Source: Bacillota bacterium
GTDB lineage: Bacteria; Bacillota; UBA994
Length of the DNA stretch: 64,000 nt
Assembly (NCBI GenBank): GCA_009773495.1
Contig: WSXW01000008.1
Coordinates: 64,050-128,049 of the forward strand
Reading direction: 5' to 3'
Shown one piece after another: positions 49,397 through 59,083 of this stretch. The first letter of the stretch is position 1, and each line of letters begins with the position of its first letter. A model generated the notes under the pieces. The model made no database searches, was not told the origin of the DNA, and was given only the letters and a program-made list of their open reading frames with translations. Position numbers and translations under genes: made by a program.

Positions 49397-50729
49397 TTTT
49401 AAGCTCGCTCGTCGCATCTCCTGGTACAATACGGTATTTGCCCTGTTTGCTTGCTTGTTGCTGGCCTTTAGCTCTAACTACTTGCTCAAGCACCACGTCA
49501 TTCGTACCACACAAGATGAGCTCTACGAGGCGGCTACGTTGCTGGCGCAAACCATCGATATGTCCGACCCAATACAAAACGCCATTAGGATCCGCACTGC
49601 TAGTAGGTCTGTGGGCATGGATATAGTGCTGCTCAATACATCCGGACGGGTAGTAGCCAGCACCTTGCGCCATTTTCAGCCCGGGGGACTGCTTGATGTC
49701 CCTCTGAAAGACTCCTCGCGTTTGAGCCGTAGTGAACGTTCGCGTTTACAGGATAGCCAGCACGTGTTTGCCCTTGCCGCGGTACAGCGGGGGGGGACCA
49801 AGGCGGGGTATATACTAGCCGTAACGCAGCTGCAGGACCTTGCTGCCATCACTCGCGGCATCATGTCTATTTTGGTGCCTGTTTCGGTAGTAGTAGCGCT
49901 CATTAGCTCGATGCTTGGAGGCATTTGGACTAGGAAGATTTCGTTACCGCTGCAGCAGCTTAACCAGGCGGCACATGGTATTGCGGCCGGAGATTTTCAG
50001 GCTGTACCTACAATCTCGGGTGACGACGAAATAGCTGAGCTCAGCGCCTCGTTGCGTTCCATGGCTGGGCAGCTGCAGGCCGGTGAGCAAGCTCAGCGAC
50101 AATTTGTGCAGAATGCTTCGCATGAGCTTAAGACACCGCTCATGAATATCCAGGGTTACGCCGAAGCTCTGCGCGACGGCGTCTATGTAGGCAATGAAGC
50201 TACCCACTGCTTAGAGGTAATTGGGCGAGAGACAGTGCGCATGCGCAAATTAGTCGATGACATGATTTACCTCTCCAAACTGACCTCTAAGGCCGAGGCC
50301 TTCAACGAAGAAAGTATTAGGGTGGGTGACTTAGTTCAGGCTATGGAGGAGTCAACGCGTGGCATACTGCTGGATGCAAATCTTGTGCTAGAGTGCGGGC
50401 AGATGCCAGACATTACAATCACAGGCGACTTTGACAAGCTGGTGCGTTCGTTTACTAACTTGATCGCTAATGGCGCAAGATACGCTAAGTCCACAATCCG
50501 TCTAGCTGTGGCGAGGGAAGCAAACGCACTTTTGTTCGAAGTGCGTGATGACGGCCCAGGAATCGAACCGCAGTTAATGGAAAAAGTCTTTGATCGCTTT
50601 ACTAAAGGTAGCAGCGGCCAAACAGGCCTAGGTCTGGCTATCGTCAAGGCCATTGTTGAACGCCACGGCGGCAGCGTGAGTGTGCGTAATGAAAACGGTG
50701 CGGTGTTCGAAGTAAGGCTACCAACCTAA
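49389..50729 (+). CDS. HAMP-domain sensor histidine kinase
   Basis: Two TM segments, HAMP, SHELKTPL, DDGPGI, TGLGLAI. Confidence 0.93.
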   Translation: MGDFKLARRISWYNTVFALFACLLLAFSSNYLLKHHVIRTTQDELYEAATLLAQTIDMSDPIQNAIRIRTASRSVGMDIVLLNTSGRVVASTLRHFQPGGLLDVPLKDSSRLSRSERSRLQDSQHVFALAAVQRGGTKAGYILAVTQLQDLAAITRGIMSILVPVSVVVALISSMLGGIWTRKISLPLQQLNQAAHGIAAGDFQAVPTISGDDEIAELSASLRSMAGQLQAGEQAQRQFVQNASHELKTPLMNIQGYAEALRDGVYVGNEATHCLEVIGRETVRMRKLVDDMIYLSKLTSKAEAFNEESIRVGDLVQAMEESTRGILLDANLVLECGQMPDITITGDFDKLVRSFTNLIANGARYAKSTIRLAVAREANALLFEVRDDGPGIEPQLMEKVFDRFTKGSSGQTGLGLAIVKAIVERHGGSVSVRNENGAVFEVRLPT

Positions 50730-50748
50730 GAAGAGCTACGGTTGGGCT

Positions 50749-50785
50749 ACGGTGCCACTGATTTTGACTCGGTCAGTGATACCGT
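50749..50785. repeat. Minimal hairpin member of the CACTGA/TCAGTG family, between convergent genes
   Basis: ACGGTGCCACTGA ... TCAGTGATACCGT. Confidence 0.6.
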
Positions 50786-51778
50786 TTACCTCCTCGTTCC
50801 TCTCCTCCTTACCTCCACATCCCCCAACACCTGCTCCCACCGCTGAACCCAGGTGTGGTCGCGCAGGAGCCGCGCCCGCGCATTTTCTGCTAAGGTAGTT
50901 AGCTTACTAGGATGAGGCAGGTAATTCTTCAGCTTATGCACTAGCTCTTCGAGCGAACTGTAACCAACTATCTCCGTACCGTACTCAAAGTACTTCTCCA
51001 TCTCCGGGAATTCCTCCGTAAACACCGCGGTTCCGCAAGCCACAGCCTCAAACAGCCCAACCTTCACATTTATAAATCCAGCCACAGTCTTAGAGAACGA
51101 AATATAGGCCCTGCCGGTGTTCAGCGCCTTTACATGCTCCACTCCGTTTACCTGTCTACTGCGGGGAATGAGGCCCCACCGTTTCCACCCCTTGCCGTAT
51201 AGGCCTACGTTAAAATGCTTATCTAACTCCTTTACAGCCGCCAGTCTATCTGCGCGGGGGTGGCCGACAATAATCACGTCATAAATCTTCTTCACACTAG
51301 GCATAGGTCTATGAAACTCGGGCGAGGCCGCAAATGGCAGCAGCCGTGCTTTCACGCCGATGGCTTCATACTGGGCTATCGACACCTCAGCGTTGGTATA
51401 ATAGAGGTCAAAAAGACTAGCGTAATGCTGGCCTTGCGCAGCAAAGACGTCTGGGTCAGATAGAGCAATCCCGACGGTAACAATTCCACGCCTGCGTAAC
51501 TCTCTATGCATATCGGGTGTTAGACTCATGCCGCCGGCGTTACACACTACGGCGTCAGGCGTATAGTTCGCCATTAATTCCAGCATCTTATCGTCGTTTA
51601 TCCAGTTTACCGCCTGGTGCTCGGGATCACTATCTTTGTGTAACCAGGGCGATGGTCTACCGGTATAAAGCTCTGTATCAACAATCTTTGCCTCCGTTAC
51701 GCCCTTCAAATCCTTGGCCATCAAGGCCACAATATCGTTGCCACCCATCCAATAGCTGCCAAAGTGTAGAACTTTCAT
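50786..51778 (-). CDS. CgeB-like glycosyltransferase (GT-B fold)
   Basis: SDPD, LPFAASP..HRP, LFEAVACG, RLLRDHTWVQR; ATG at 51778 follows GAGGTG. Confidence 0.8.
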   Translation of the reverse strand: MKVLHFGSYWMGGNDIVALMAKDLKGVTEAKIVDTELYTGRPSPWLHKDSDPEHQAVNWINDDKMLELMANYTPDAVVCNAGGMSLTPDMHRELRRRGIVTVGIALSDPDVFAAQGQHYASLFDLYYTNAEVSIAQYEAIGVKARLLPFAASPEFHRPMPSVKKIYDVIIVGHPRADRLAAVKELDKHFNVGLYGKGWKRWGLIPRSRQVNGVEHVKALNTGRAYISFSKTVAGFINVKVGLFEAVACGTAVFTEEFPEMEKYFEYGTEIVGYSSLEELVHKLKNYLPHPSKLTTLAENARARLLRDHTWVQRWEQVLGDVEVRRRGTRR

Positions 51779-51797
51779 TAAATAACACCTCATATCA

Positions 51798-51856
51798 TGT
51801 CGCTTGTCGCTTGGGGATTGCCGCCCGTTAGCCGCCAGCCGCCAGCTTCTAGGCTT
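51798..51856. repeat. Heptamer tandem arrays (TGTCGCT and CCGCCAG types)
   Basis: TGTCGCT x2; CCGTTAG-CCGCCAG-CCGCCAG; reverse-complement relatives at 57675-57725. Confidence 0.6.
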
Positions 51857-52021
51857 GTGCATCGTGGTAAACCACGATGTCTTCGGGGGCACAGCAGTCT
51901 TCTGCTACAGCATAGCACTTCTCATAAAACACGAAAAGAAAAAAGCTGTTTGCATAGACCTCGTTTAATGCGGCAAGAATACAAGAGAACTTGCCCGTAA
52001 CAAAAGGCGAGGTGAAAATCT

Positions 52022-53044
52022 GTGTCAACATTCATTTCATATCTGCGTAAGGCCCTAGCCTTCTCCATCTTCGTGGCCGCCATGAGCACCCTACCCATCG
52101 GCGCCATAGCCCCCGAATACCGCATAGCCTACCTAGTCGCAGACCAACTATCCCTCGGTGGAAAGCCACCGCAGCAAGAACCACTCGTGGTGCCCAAAGC
52201 AGCTCCTGTTAAAGATAACCCTGCAGCTAGTATGCCCGAGATGCCCAAGTTAGTGGTTGCGTCAGCGGGCACTGCCGTACAGCCTGCAGCCACAACTACG
52301 CCAGCTCCCACGGCAGTGGGCGGACCTACGCTAACGCATGTGGTCACTTCCGGAGAGACGCTCTCCGGCATCGCTAATAAGTACAAGCTTACTGTGGCAC
52401 AGTTATCGGCCTTGAACGGGATTACTAATCTGGACATGATCCGTCCCGGGCAGAAACTGCTTCTCGCCGCAGAACCACCTTTACCAGTAAGCCACACGGT
52501 ACGCAACGGCGAGAATCTTTCTTACATCGCCGCAAAGTATGGAGTAACTGTTTCGGCGATAATCCAATCAAACGACCTACCGGACATCAACAGGTTGAAA
52601 ATCGGGCAAGTGCTTAACATTCCTTCGGCATCCACCGGGGCACTGGCTTCACGCAGTGCGGTGAGCTCCGCTGGCTATATATGGCCACTCACAGGGTCAA
52701 TCAGCTCTTTCTTTGGTGAACTTCGGGGGGCCTCACGTCATAGCGGGCTTGACATAGCTGCCCCGACTGGTAAGGACATAAAGGCAGCCAGAGCAGGTAG
52801 AGTAGATTCAGCAGGTTGGATGGGCGGTTATGGGTATGCGGTTATTATCGATCATGGTGAAGGTTACAAGACCCTCTACGCACATGCCTCGAAACTCCTC
52901 GCTAAGGCAGGTGATCGCGTGGTGCAGGGGCAGGTCATAGCTAGGGTCGGTAGCACCGGGAATTCCACCGGGCCGCATGTGCACCTTGAGGTGCGGATGA
53001 ATAGCAAGTTCATGGACCCCCTCAAGTATCTTCCCAGGCGATAG
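52022..53044 (+). CDS. LysM (x2) and M23 family peptidoglycan endopeptidase
   Basis: Two HxVxxGExLSxIA LysM repeats; HSGLD, YAH, STGPHVHLE. Confidence 0.92.
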   Translation: MSTFISYLRKALAFSIFVAAMSTLPIGAIAPEYRIAYLVADQLSLGGKPPQQEPLVVPKAAPVKDNPAASMPEMPKLVVASAGTAVQPAATTTPAPTAVGGPTLTHVVTSGETLSGIANKYKLTVAQLSALNGITNLDMIRPGQKLLLAAEPPLPVSHTVRNGENLSYIAAKYGVTVSAIIQSNDLPDINRLKIGQVLNIPSASTGALASRSAVSSAGYIWPLTGSISSFFGELRGASRHSGLDIAAPTGKDIKAARAGRVDSAGWMGGYGYAVIIDHGEGYKTLYAHASKLLAKAGDRVVQGQVIARVGSTGNSTGPHVHLEVRMNSKFMDPLKYLPRR

Positions 53045-53048
53045 CCAG

Positions 53049-53071
53049 AGCGGCCTCCGGGCCGCTTTTTT
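53049..53071 (+). terminator. Rho-independent terminator
   Basis: AGCGGCC-TCCG-GGCCGCT followed by T tract. Confidence 0.8.
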
Positions 53072-53210
53072 GTGCTATACTTTTAAAGAAAGTTACTGCA
53101 AATTGTAACCAAAACTTAAAAAGCTAATCCAATGGCATGTGGACCTAGGGCTATTATTGGCCCGGTTTTCTTATTGGGTTTTTGATTTTAGTTTCAAAGG
53201 AGGTCTCTCG

Positions 53211-54425
53211 ATGTTCACCCTCGTCTACGCCGACAAAAACGGTCTCGTCTACGACGATCCGCAGTACGGCGCCGTCAGCCGCACGGGATCTCTCCTGATC
53301 GAGCCCACGGCCGAAGAATTTATACCAATGCCAAAGGGTTCTAGCCTGGTAGTACTGCCGGGGCGCGCTCCGGTTGCTCTCGATGATCAAGGCAACATCG
53401 TGCTCTACCCTCGCAGCGGCGCGCAGACAGTAGCTGCCCTGCTGCCGCAGGGATATCTTCGCACTTTGCTCCCCGCCTACAAGCGGGTCCAAGAGGTCCT
53501 GCCCCTGTTCGGCTACGCTTCTGTAGCTTGGCGCGAGGGGCAATTTTGGGTTGCGGCTAGTGCTGTGGCTGACACCGCAGACCTGTACCGCTGGGATCCA
53601 GCGCTCTTTAATACATATAACCTAGAGTCCTTAGTAGAGGAGCGCAAGAATGAGTTTGCGGGCAATAGGGTATTAGCCCAGTTGGCCCATTGTTCGCTGG
53701 AATATGGTTGCTTTACAGCGCAAAACATAATATACCGCCGTTTCGAAGCAGGACTACCCCTATCCCCCGTGTGTAATGCCAACTGCGTGGGGTGCATTTC
53801 CCTTCAGCCCTCCGAGTGCTGTCCGTCCCCGCAGAACCGCATCGACTTTCTGCCGACAGTTGAAGAGGTAGCAACTCTCGCTGTCAAGCATCTCACTGGC
53901 GGTGGCGATATGGTGAGTTTTGGTCAGGGCTGCGAAGGCGAGCCGCTAGTACAAGGGGAGCTGGCCGCAGAAATCATTGGTACTGTGCGCTCCTCAACCA
54001 AACAGGGCCGCATCAACGCCAATACCAACGCCGGTAATTTTGCTGGTGTTAAGGCTGTGGTGGATGCAGGCATAGACTCGCTGCGGGTAAGTCTTAACAC
54101 GCCACGCCAGGAGGGATATAACACGTATTACCGCCAGCAGGGGTATAGCTTCGCCGATGTCGTTCGCTCAGTAAAATACGCTCGCGAGCAGGGTGTATTC
54201 GTATCTATTAACCTCTTAGTCTTACCCGGGGTATCAGATCGGGAGGAAGAAGTAGAGGCGCTGCTCAAGTTTATTGAAGAGACTAACGTCAACCAGGTAC
54301 AGTTTAGAAATCTCAACATAGATCCGGATGTGTATCTAAACCTTATGCCCAAAGCCCAGGGCGAAATACTCGGCATGCTCACCCTGGTCGAGGCTGTGCG
54401 CAAGGCTGGCGTGCTTGTTAGGTAA
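53211..54425 (+). CDS. Radical SAM protein of unknown function
   Basis: CNANCVGC (CxxxCxxC), SFGQGCEGEP; ATG follows AAGGAGG. Confidence 0.88.
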   Translation: MFTLVYADKNGLVYDDPQYGAVSRTGSLLIEPTAEEFIPMPKGSSLVVLPGRAPVALDDQGNIVLYPRSGAQTVAALLPQGYLRTLLPAYKRVQEVLPLFGYASVAWREGQFWVAASAVADTADLYRWDPALFNTYNLESLVEERKNEFAGNRVLAQLAHCSLEYGCFTAQNIIYRRFEAGLPLSPVCNANCVGCISLQPSECCPSPQNRIDFLPTVEEVATLAVKHLTGGGDMVSFGQGCEGEPLVQGELAAEIIGTVRSSTKQGRINANTNAGNFAGVKAVVDAGIDSLRVSLNTPRQEGYNTYYRQQGYSFADVVRSVKYAREQGVFVSINLLVLPGVSDREEEVEALLKFIEETNVNQVQFRNLNIDPDVYLNLMPKAQGEILGMLTLVEAVRKAGVLVR

Positions 54426-54426
54426 C

Positions 54427-55845
54427 TTATCCCAGCAAATAAAGGAACATAAACGCTGGGATTCTGAACATCCTGCTCGAATTAGCAAAAGGCCCATAGT
54501 CTCGGCTAGACTTAGTAACAAAGAACCCTTGGCATTCGGGCCGCAGCTCTAAAAACTCTAGCAGCGGGTCGCTGCCGAGTATATCTGGCCTGTCGCGGTA
54601 TTTCACCTGGGCGGCCACTAGTGCTCTGCCGGGTACAAAGGCCACGGTACTTAGCTCGCGGCTCGTCCTGATTGACTTCCAGTGCCCTAGGGTAGGCCGC
54701 AGTCTCTCGAAATGCCCTGCAAGGTGAGAAAGCACCGCTGCTTCTACTAGGCTCTCTAGATAGCTGGCATCAGTAAGGGCATCTTCCCATTTAAGCAATA
54801 CGGCATTGCGTAAGGCTGCATCGGCAACGTAAACCTTGGCCCTAGATTTCGGGATGCGGTTGCCCTTATGGTCAAGAGGGGGTGAGGTAAGGGTGAGGTA
54901 GGCGCGTTCTAAGCTCTGAAGGTGGCTATTAAGCGTGATGCGAGAGATATTAAGCTCGCGCGCCACGCTATCTTGCCCAATGAGTTGCCCGGAGTTGAGG
55001 CTGAGATATACAAAGACCTTCTCGAGGTCTAGTACGTTTCGTACTCCAAAGAGTGTCGCCATATCGCGCTTGAGGACTCTGTCTAGGCAGTCTTCGCGTA
55101 GGAGCTGCTGGGCTAGCTGCGTATCGTTGAGTGTAGCTGTCTCGGGGAAGCCGCCTACTAGTAGGTAACGCGAAAAGAAGGGTTCAAGCGCCGAAAAAAG
55201 GGCTAGGGCTTGTTGTTGCTGCTCTCGCGGCAGGCTAGGTAGGGTAGACAAACTAATCCCGCCGGGCAGGGGTAGGGGCCCCTGCCCGCGCACCCCCAAG
55301 TACTCGTAGAAAGAGAGGGTGGGTACGACTATCTCTACCCTGCGCCCTGTGCCCGTGTCTCCCTCCCCCGAGCCAACCGTAGCCGCTACGGAGCCTGTCG
55401 CCACCACTTTGTATTGGGGTGAGTAATCAGTGAGGTACTTGAGCCAGGTGCTCCAGTCTTCAGCATGATTTATCTCATCCAGCAATAGCAGCGCTGACTC
55501 GCTGCCGCCGAGGATGTTGGCACGGTAGATCTCCATAATGCGATTCATGGGTAGCATCTTGAGCATAGGATGATCGAAGGATATGTATAGTACTTGGTGG
55601 GCTTGCAGACTTGTCTGTATTGTCTCCTGAGCGAGCTGATACAGGATGGTGGTCTTACCCACCCGGCGTGCACCGGTTAGTAGCACTGTCCGGCGAATAG
55701 AATCGTTGTTAAGCCATGTGAAGGCCCTAACAAAGGCGGAGCGACGGAAGGACCTGGCGCATTCGGTGCTCACAACGCCTGTCTGCCACCAAGGGTTAAA
55801 CCCGCGCAGCACCTGCAGTACTTGAGTGTCTTCAAGAAAACTCAT
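54427..55845 (-). CDS. AAA_14/DUF4143 ATP-binding protein
   Basis: Walker A GARRVGKT, Walker B LLLLDE, ATGS, GGFPE, KVYVAD. Confidence 0.88.
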   Translation of the reverse strand: MSFLEDTQVLQVLRGFNPWWQTGVVSTECARSFRRSAFVRAFTWLNNDSIRRTVLLTGARRVGKTTILYQLAQETIQTSLQAHQVLYISFDHPMLKMLPMNRIMEIYRANILGGSESALLLLDEINHAEDWSTWLKYLTDYSPQYKVVATGSVAATVGSGEGDTGTGRRVEIVVPTLSFYEYLGVRGQGPLPLPGGISLSTLPSLPREQQQQALALFSALEPFFSRYLLVGGFPETATLNDTQLAQQLLREDCLDRVLKRDMATLFGVRNVLDLEKVFVYLSLNSGQLIGQDSVARELNISRITLNSHLQSLERAYLTLTSPPLDHKGNRIPKSRAKVYVADAALRNAVLLKWEDALTDASYLESLVEAAVLSHLAGHFERLRPTLGHWKSIRTSRELSTVAFVPGRALVAAQVKYRDRPDILGSDPLLEFLELRPECQGFFVTKSSRDYGPFANSSRMFRIPAFMFLYLLG

Positions 55846-56147
55846 GGAAATAACCCTCCTATACAACATTTTAAGATTATTGTATACCATAGTATACTAG
55901 TTAGTAAATAGGAGGGCTGTTTAGATGTAGGCGGCCTGGCGGGGAGGGGTGCAGTTGCGCTTAAATGCAAAAGTAAAGGGGATTTTGACAACATTCAGCA
56001 TAAACTTGCATAGTATGCTGACTTTCGTGCGTGGGTAATATAAATTTCCCGGGAAAATGTCGAATGGAAGGTAACGAACCGAAAAGGGGAACGGTACGTA
56101 GAAGCCGGATAATCAGGCTTGCCGTGCTGTCCTAGTCGGCGCTACAA

Positions 56148-56181
56148 CAAGAAGGCGTGGGGTTATCCCCACGCCTTCTTG
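56148..56181. terminator. Terminator hairpin downstream of the symporter gene (possibly bidirectional)
   Basis: CAAGAAGGCGTGGGG-TTAT-CCCCACGCCTTCTTG, perfect 15-bp stem. Confidence 0.8.
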
Positions 56182-56210
56182 ACCCGAAGCAATCTTTCTA
56201 CTGGCTCGCC

Positions 56211-57473
56211 TTACGCCGGCCTGCCCTTAGAATGGATGGCGATTGTTGTGGGGTAATCTATGGCATTCTCGCCTCTGGCGATAGCTAGGGTGCAAGCGAG
56301 GTCGCCGGTAACGTTCATGCAGGTACGGCCCATATCGATGAGACGGTCTACGCCCATGATGATGCCGATAGCCGATACCGGTAATCCTACGGACTCAAGC
56401 ACCATGGCTAGCATGATCATGCCAGCGCCCGGAACACCAGCGGTACCAATTGAGGCCAAAGTAGCTGAAAGAACGATGGTTACCATTTGACCAATTGATA
56501 GGTCCACGCCGAGTAGCTGGGCTAAGAACAGGGCAGAAACACCATGATAGAGCGCTGTGCCATCCATGTTGATGGTGGCGCCGAGCGGTAGGGTAAAGGC
56601 ACAGACCTCGCGTTTAATGCCGAGGTTTTTCTCGCCGCATTCAATGGTGAGTGGCAGGGTGGCAGCGGAAGAAGCACTGCTGTAAGCGAGGAGCATGGCT
56701 GGGGATACTCTCTTAAAGAAGTCTATGGGGCTGACCTTGCCAAAGATCTTGGCAATACCACCGTATACAACTATGGCGTGAATGATTAAGCCCACATAAA
56801 TGATTATGATGTATTTGGCCAGAGGCATTAGTATAGCAGCACCTTGGTTTGTGACAGTTCTAGTCATTAAGCAGAAGACTGCATATGGAGCTGCTTCCAT
56901 TACGAACATGGTCAGTTTCATCATGGCTTCGTTGAGGCCTTCGATTACTTTGAGAAGCGCCTTAGCGGGCTCTCCTACTAAGGATATCGCGATGCCCAAG
57001 AGGATGGCGAAGACGATGATTTGCAGCATATCTGCACGAGCGAGGGCATCGACAGGGTTAACGGGTATCATATTAAGGATGGTAGTCATAAATGGGGGCG
57101 CTTTGGCGGCGGTGTAAGTGACGCCCTCTGTCTTGATAGTGGTGCCGACGCCAGGGGTGAAGACGCTGGCAAGTAATAGCCCGAGTATTACTGCCATGGC
57201 AGTGGTGATGAGATAGAAGGCGATGGTTTTGCCACCAATGCGGCCTACCTTTCGAATGTCACCAAGGCTAGCAGTACCAACTACGATGCTGGCCAAGACC
57301 AGCGGTACGACGATCATACGAATTGCACGAATGAAGGCATCGCCCACAGGAGAGATAAGATAGGTGAGTAGGTTTTTGACTAAACCAGTTTCCGCGCCCA
57401 CAGCCAGATTAAAGATTAGACCGACAACAATACCTAAAATGAGACCAATAAAAATACGCGTCGCCAGCTTCAC
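56211..57473 (-). CDS. Dicarboxylate/amino acid:cation symporter (GltP/GltT family)
   Basis: SSASSAATLP, PLGATINMDG, SIGTAGVPG, DRLIDMGRT. Confidence 0.93.
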   Translation of the reverse strand: MKLATRIFIGLILGIVVGLIFNLAVGAETGLVKNLLTYLISPVGDAFIRAIRMIVVPLVLASIVVGTASLGDIRKVGRIGGKTIAFYLITTAMAVILGLLLASVFTPGVGTTIKTEGVTYTAAKAPPFMTTILNMIPVNPVDALARADMLQIIVFAILLGIAISLVGEPAKALLKVIEGLNEAMMKLTMFVMEAAPYAVFCLMTRTVTNQGAAILMPLAKYIIIIYVGLIIHAIVVYGGIAKIFGKVSPIDFFKRVSPAMLLAYSSASSAATLPLTIECGEKNLGIKREVCAFTLPLGATINMDGTALYHGVSALFLAQLLGVDLSIGQMVTIVLSATLASIGTAGVPGAGMIMLAMVLESVGLPVSAIGIIMGVDRLIDMGRTCMNVTGDLACTLAIARGENAIDYPTTIAIHSKGRPA

Positions 57474-57605
57474 AGAATCGTTCCTCCTTTTTTTGCTCCT
57501 AAGTAATCATATTATAATAAGCGCCCTACAATATCCTACAGAAAAATACTAAAAAATACTTTATAATTCAGAATATTATGTCATAGTGAGTGATAGAACA
57601 AATGA

Positions 57606-57725
57606 GCACATAGCACATGGCGCATGGAACATAGTGTGCGGGGCGCTCTTAGAAAGCGGCAAGCGGAAGGCGGAAAGCGCTAACGGCTGACGGCCACTCT
57701 ACAAGAGACAAGGGACAAGCGACAA
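57606..57725. repeat. Three consecutive degenerate heptamer arrays
   Basis: GCACATA-type x4 (57606-57633); AAGCGGA/AACGGCT-type x6 (57654-57695); ACAAGNG x3 (57701-57725). Confidence 0.7.
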
Positions 57726-57749
57726 AATCCCACTCAATTCAAATCTTAC

Positions 57750-57779
57750 TTGCCCACACCAATTTCCACATGATATAAT
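57750..57779 (+). promoter_or_regulatory. SigA-type promoter of rpmE
   Basis: TTGCCC-N18-TATAAT with extended -10 TGn. Confidence 0.6.
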
Positions 57780-57812
57780 AGCTGAGTAGTGCCAGAAAAG
57801 AGGTGAACCAGC

Positions 57813-58022
57813 GTGAAGGAGAAAATACATCCAAATTATAATACGTCGCTAGCAACCTGCCAGTGCGGCGAGACCTTCGAGACAGGTTCTGTCAAGAAAC
57901 AACTCCGCGTTGAGCTTTGTTCCAAATGCCATCCTTTCTATACCGGTAAGCAAAAGTTTGCTGAGATAGGCGGACGTGTAGATCGTTTCAAGAAGAAATA
58001 CGGTCTGGCTGAGACTAAATAG
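57813..58022 (+). CDS. rpmE: 50S ribosomal protein L31 (Zn-binding type)
   Basis: [28 protein letters not shown]. Confidence 0.97.
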   Translation: MKEKIHPNYNTSLATCQCGETFETGSVKKQLRVELCSKCHPFYTGKQKFAEIGGRVDRFKKKYGLAETK

Positions 58023-58077
58023 GGACACGGTGAAGCAGAGCAAGCGCTCTGCTTCTTGTGCGTAAGGAGGTTGCAGG

Positions 58078-58974
58078 ATGGCAGATAAGACTGTGGGTGG
58101 ACAGGCTATTATGGAAGGCGTAATGATGCGTGGCCCCAAAGGTCTGTGCATGGCAGTAAGGAAGCCCGACGGAACTATTAGCATCTGCAAGAAGCGACCA
58201 GCAACTTTATCATCGCGCTGGAAGATCCTAAAATGGCCAGTTCTGCGCGGAACCGCGGCCTTTGTCGATACATTAGTTATAGGGCTAGATGCCCTTATGT
58301 ACTCGGCTAATGAGTCGGGTGACGAGGATATGCAACTTAGTAAGGGCACACTAGGTTTAACGATGTTCGCAGGACTTGCCATAGCGGTGGGCTTATTTAT
58401 GATTCTACCAACGGTGTTAATTCGCCTCTTAGGGGTAGTTAACGTTGCGCCTATCGTGAAAAATCTACTTGAGGGTGCCGTCCGATTGACTATCTTCCTT
58501 ATATATATTGTTGCCATCTCGGCCATGCCGGATATGCGGCGCTTATATCAGTACCACGGTGCAGAACACAAGGCGATCTTTAGTTATGAGGCCGATCAAG
58601 AGCTGCTGGTAGAAAACGTGCGCAGCAATTCGTGTTTGCACCCGCGCTGCGGTACAGCATTTCTGCTGATAGTAATGATCACCAGCATCCTCGTGTTTTC
58701 GCTGTTTGGTTGGCCTAACATGGTAGTACGCATTATAACGCGCTTGCTACTGCTGCCAATTGTCGCGGGTATAGCATATGAGGTGATTAAGGCGGCAGCT
58801 AGAGGCAAGAGCCCTTTGTGGGGAATTATAATCTGGCCGGGTTTATTGTTGCAAACGGCTACAACCCGCGAACCGGATGATGGACAGATCGAAGTGGCGA
58901 TTGCTGCGCTTAAAGGGGTGCGAGAGCTTGAGGACGAGGCAGAGGAACTAGGGCTGAGAAATCGGCACCACTGA
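58078..58974 (+). CDS. DUF1385 family membrane protein
   Basis: GGQAIMEGVMM, YHGAEHK, HPRCGT, TTREPDD..EVAI; usual rpmE-prfA context. Confidence 0.9.
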   Translation: MADKTVGGQAIMEGVMMRGPKGLCMAVRKPDGTISICKKRPATLSSRWKILKWPVLRGTAAFVDTLVIGLDALMYSANESGDEDMQLSKGTLGLTMFAGLAIAVGLFMILPTVLIRLLGVVNVAPIVKNLLEGAVRLTIFLIYIVAISAMPDMRRLYQYHGAEHKAIFSYEADQELLVENVRSNSCLHPRCGTAFLLIVMITSILVFSLFGWPNMVVRIITRLLLLPIVAGIAYEVIKAAARGKSPLWGIIIWPGLLLQTATTREPDDGQIEVAIAALKGVRELEDEAEELGLRNRHH

Positions 58975-59008
58975 GAGTCACTGATCAGAGCCCCGATTTA
59001 CACTGATA
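58963..59008. repeat. Left arm of the CACTGA family
   Basis: 58995-59008 is the exact reverse complement of 61153-61166; 58963-58974 is the exact reverse complement of 1067-1078. Confidence 0.7.
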
Positions 59009-59083
59009 AGTGGTCTATCATACAAGGGGCACAACTGCGTTGCCCTCCATTCATATCCACATTTCTAACTGAGGTGTTTACCA

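Noticed and set aside
55909..55931. Strong AGGAGGG followed by ATG-TAG as a minimal ORF
   Set aside because: No coding capacity; may be a decayed gene start or just the complement of CCCTCCTAT at 55854
57606..57725. CRISPR array
   Set aside because: Units are 7 nt, degenerate and have no spacers; no cas genes
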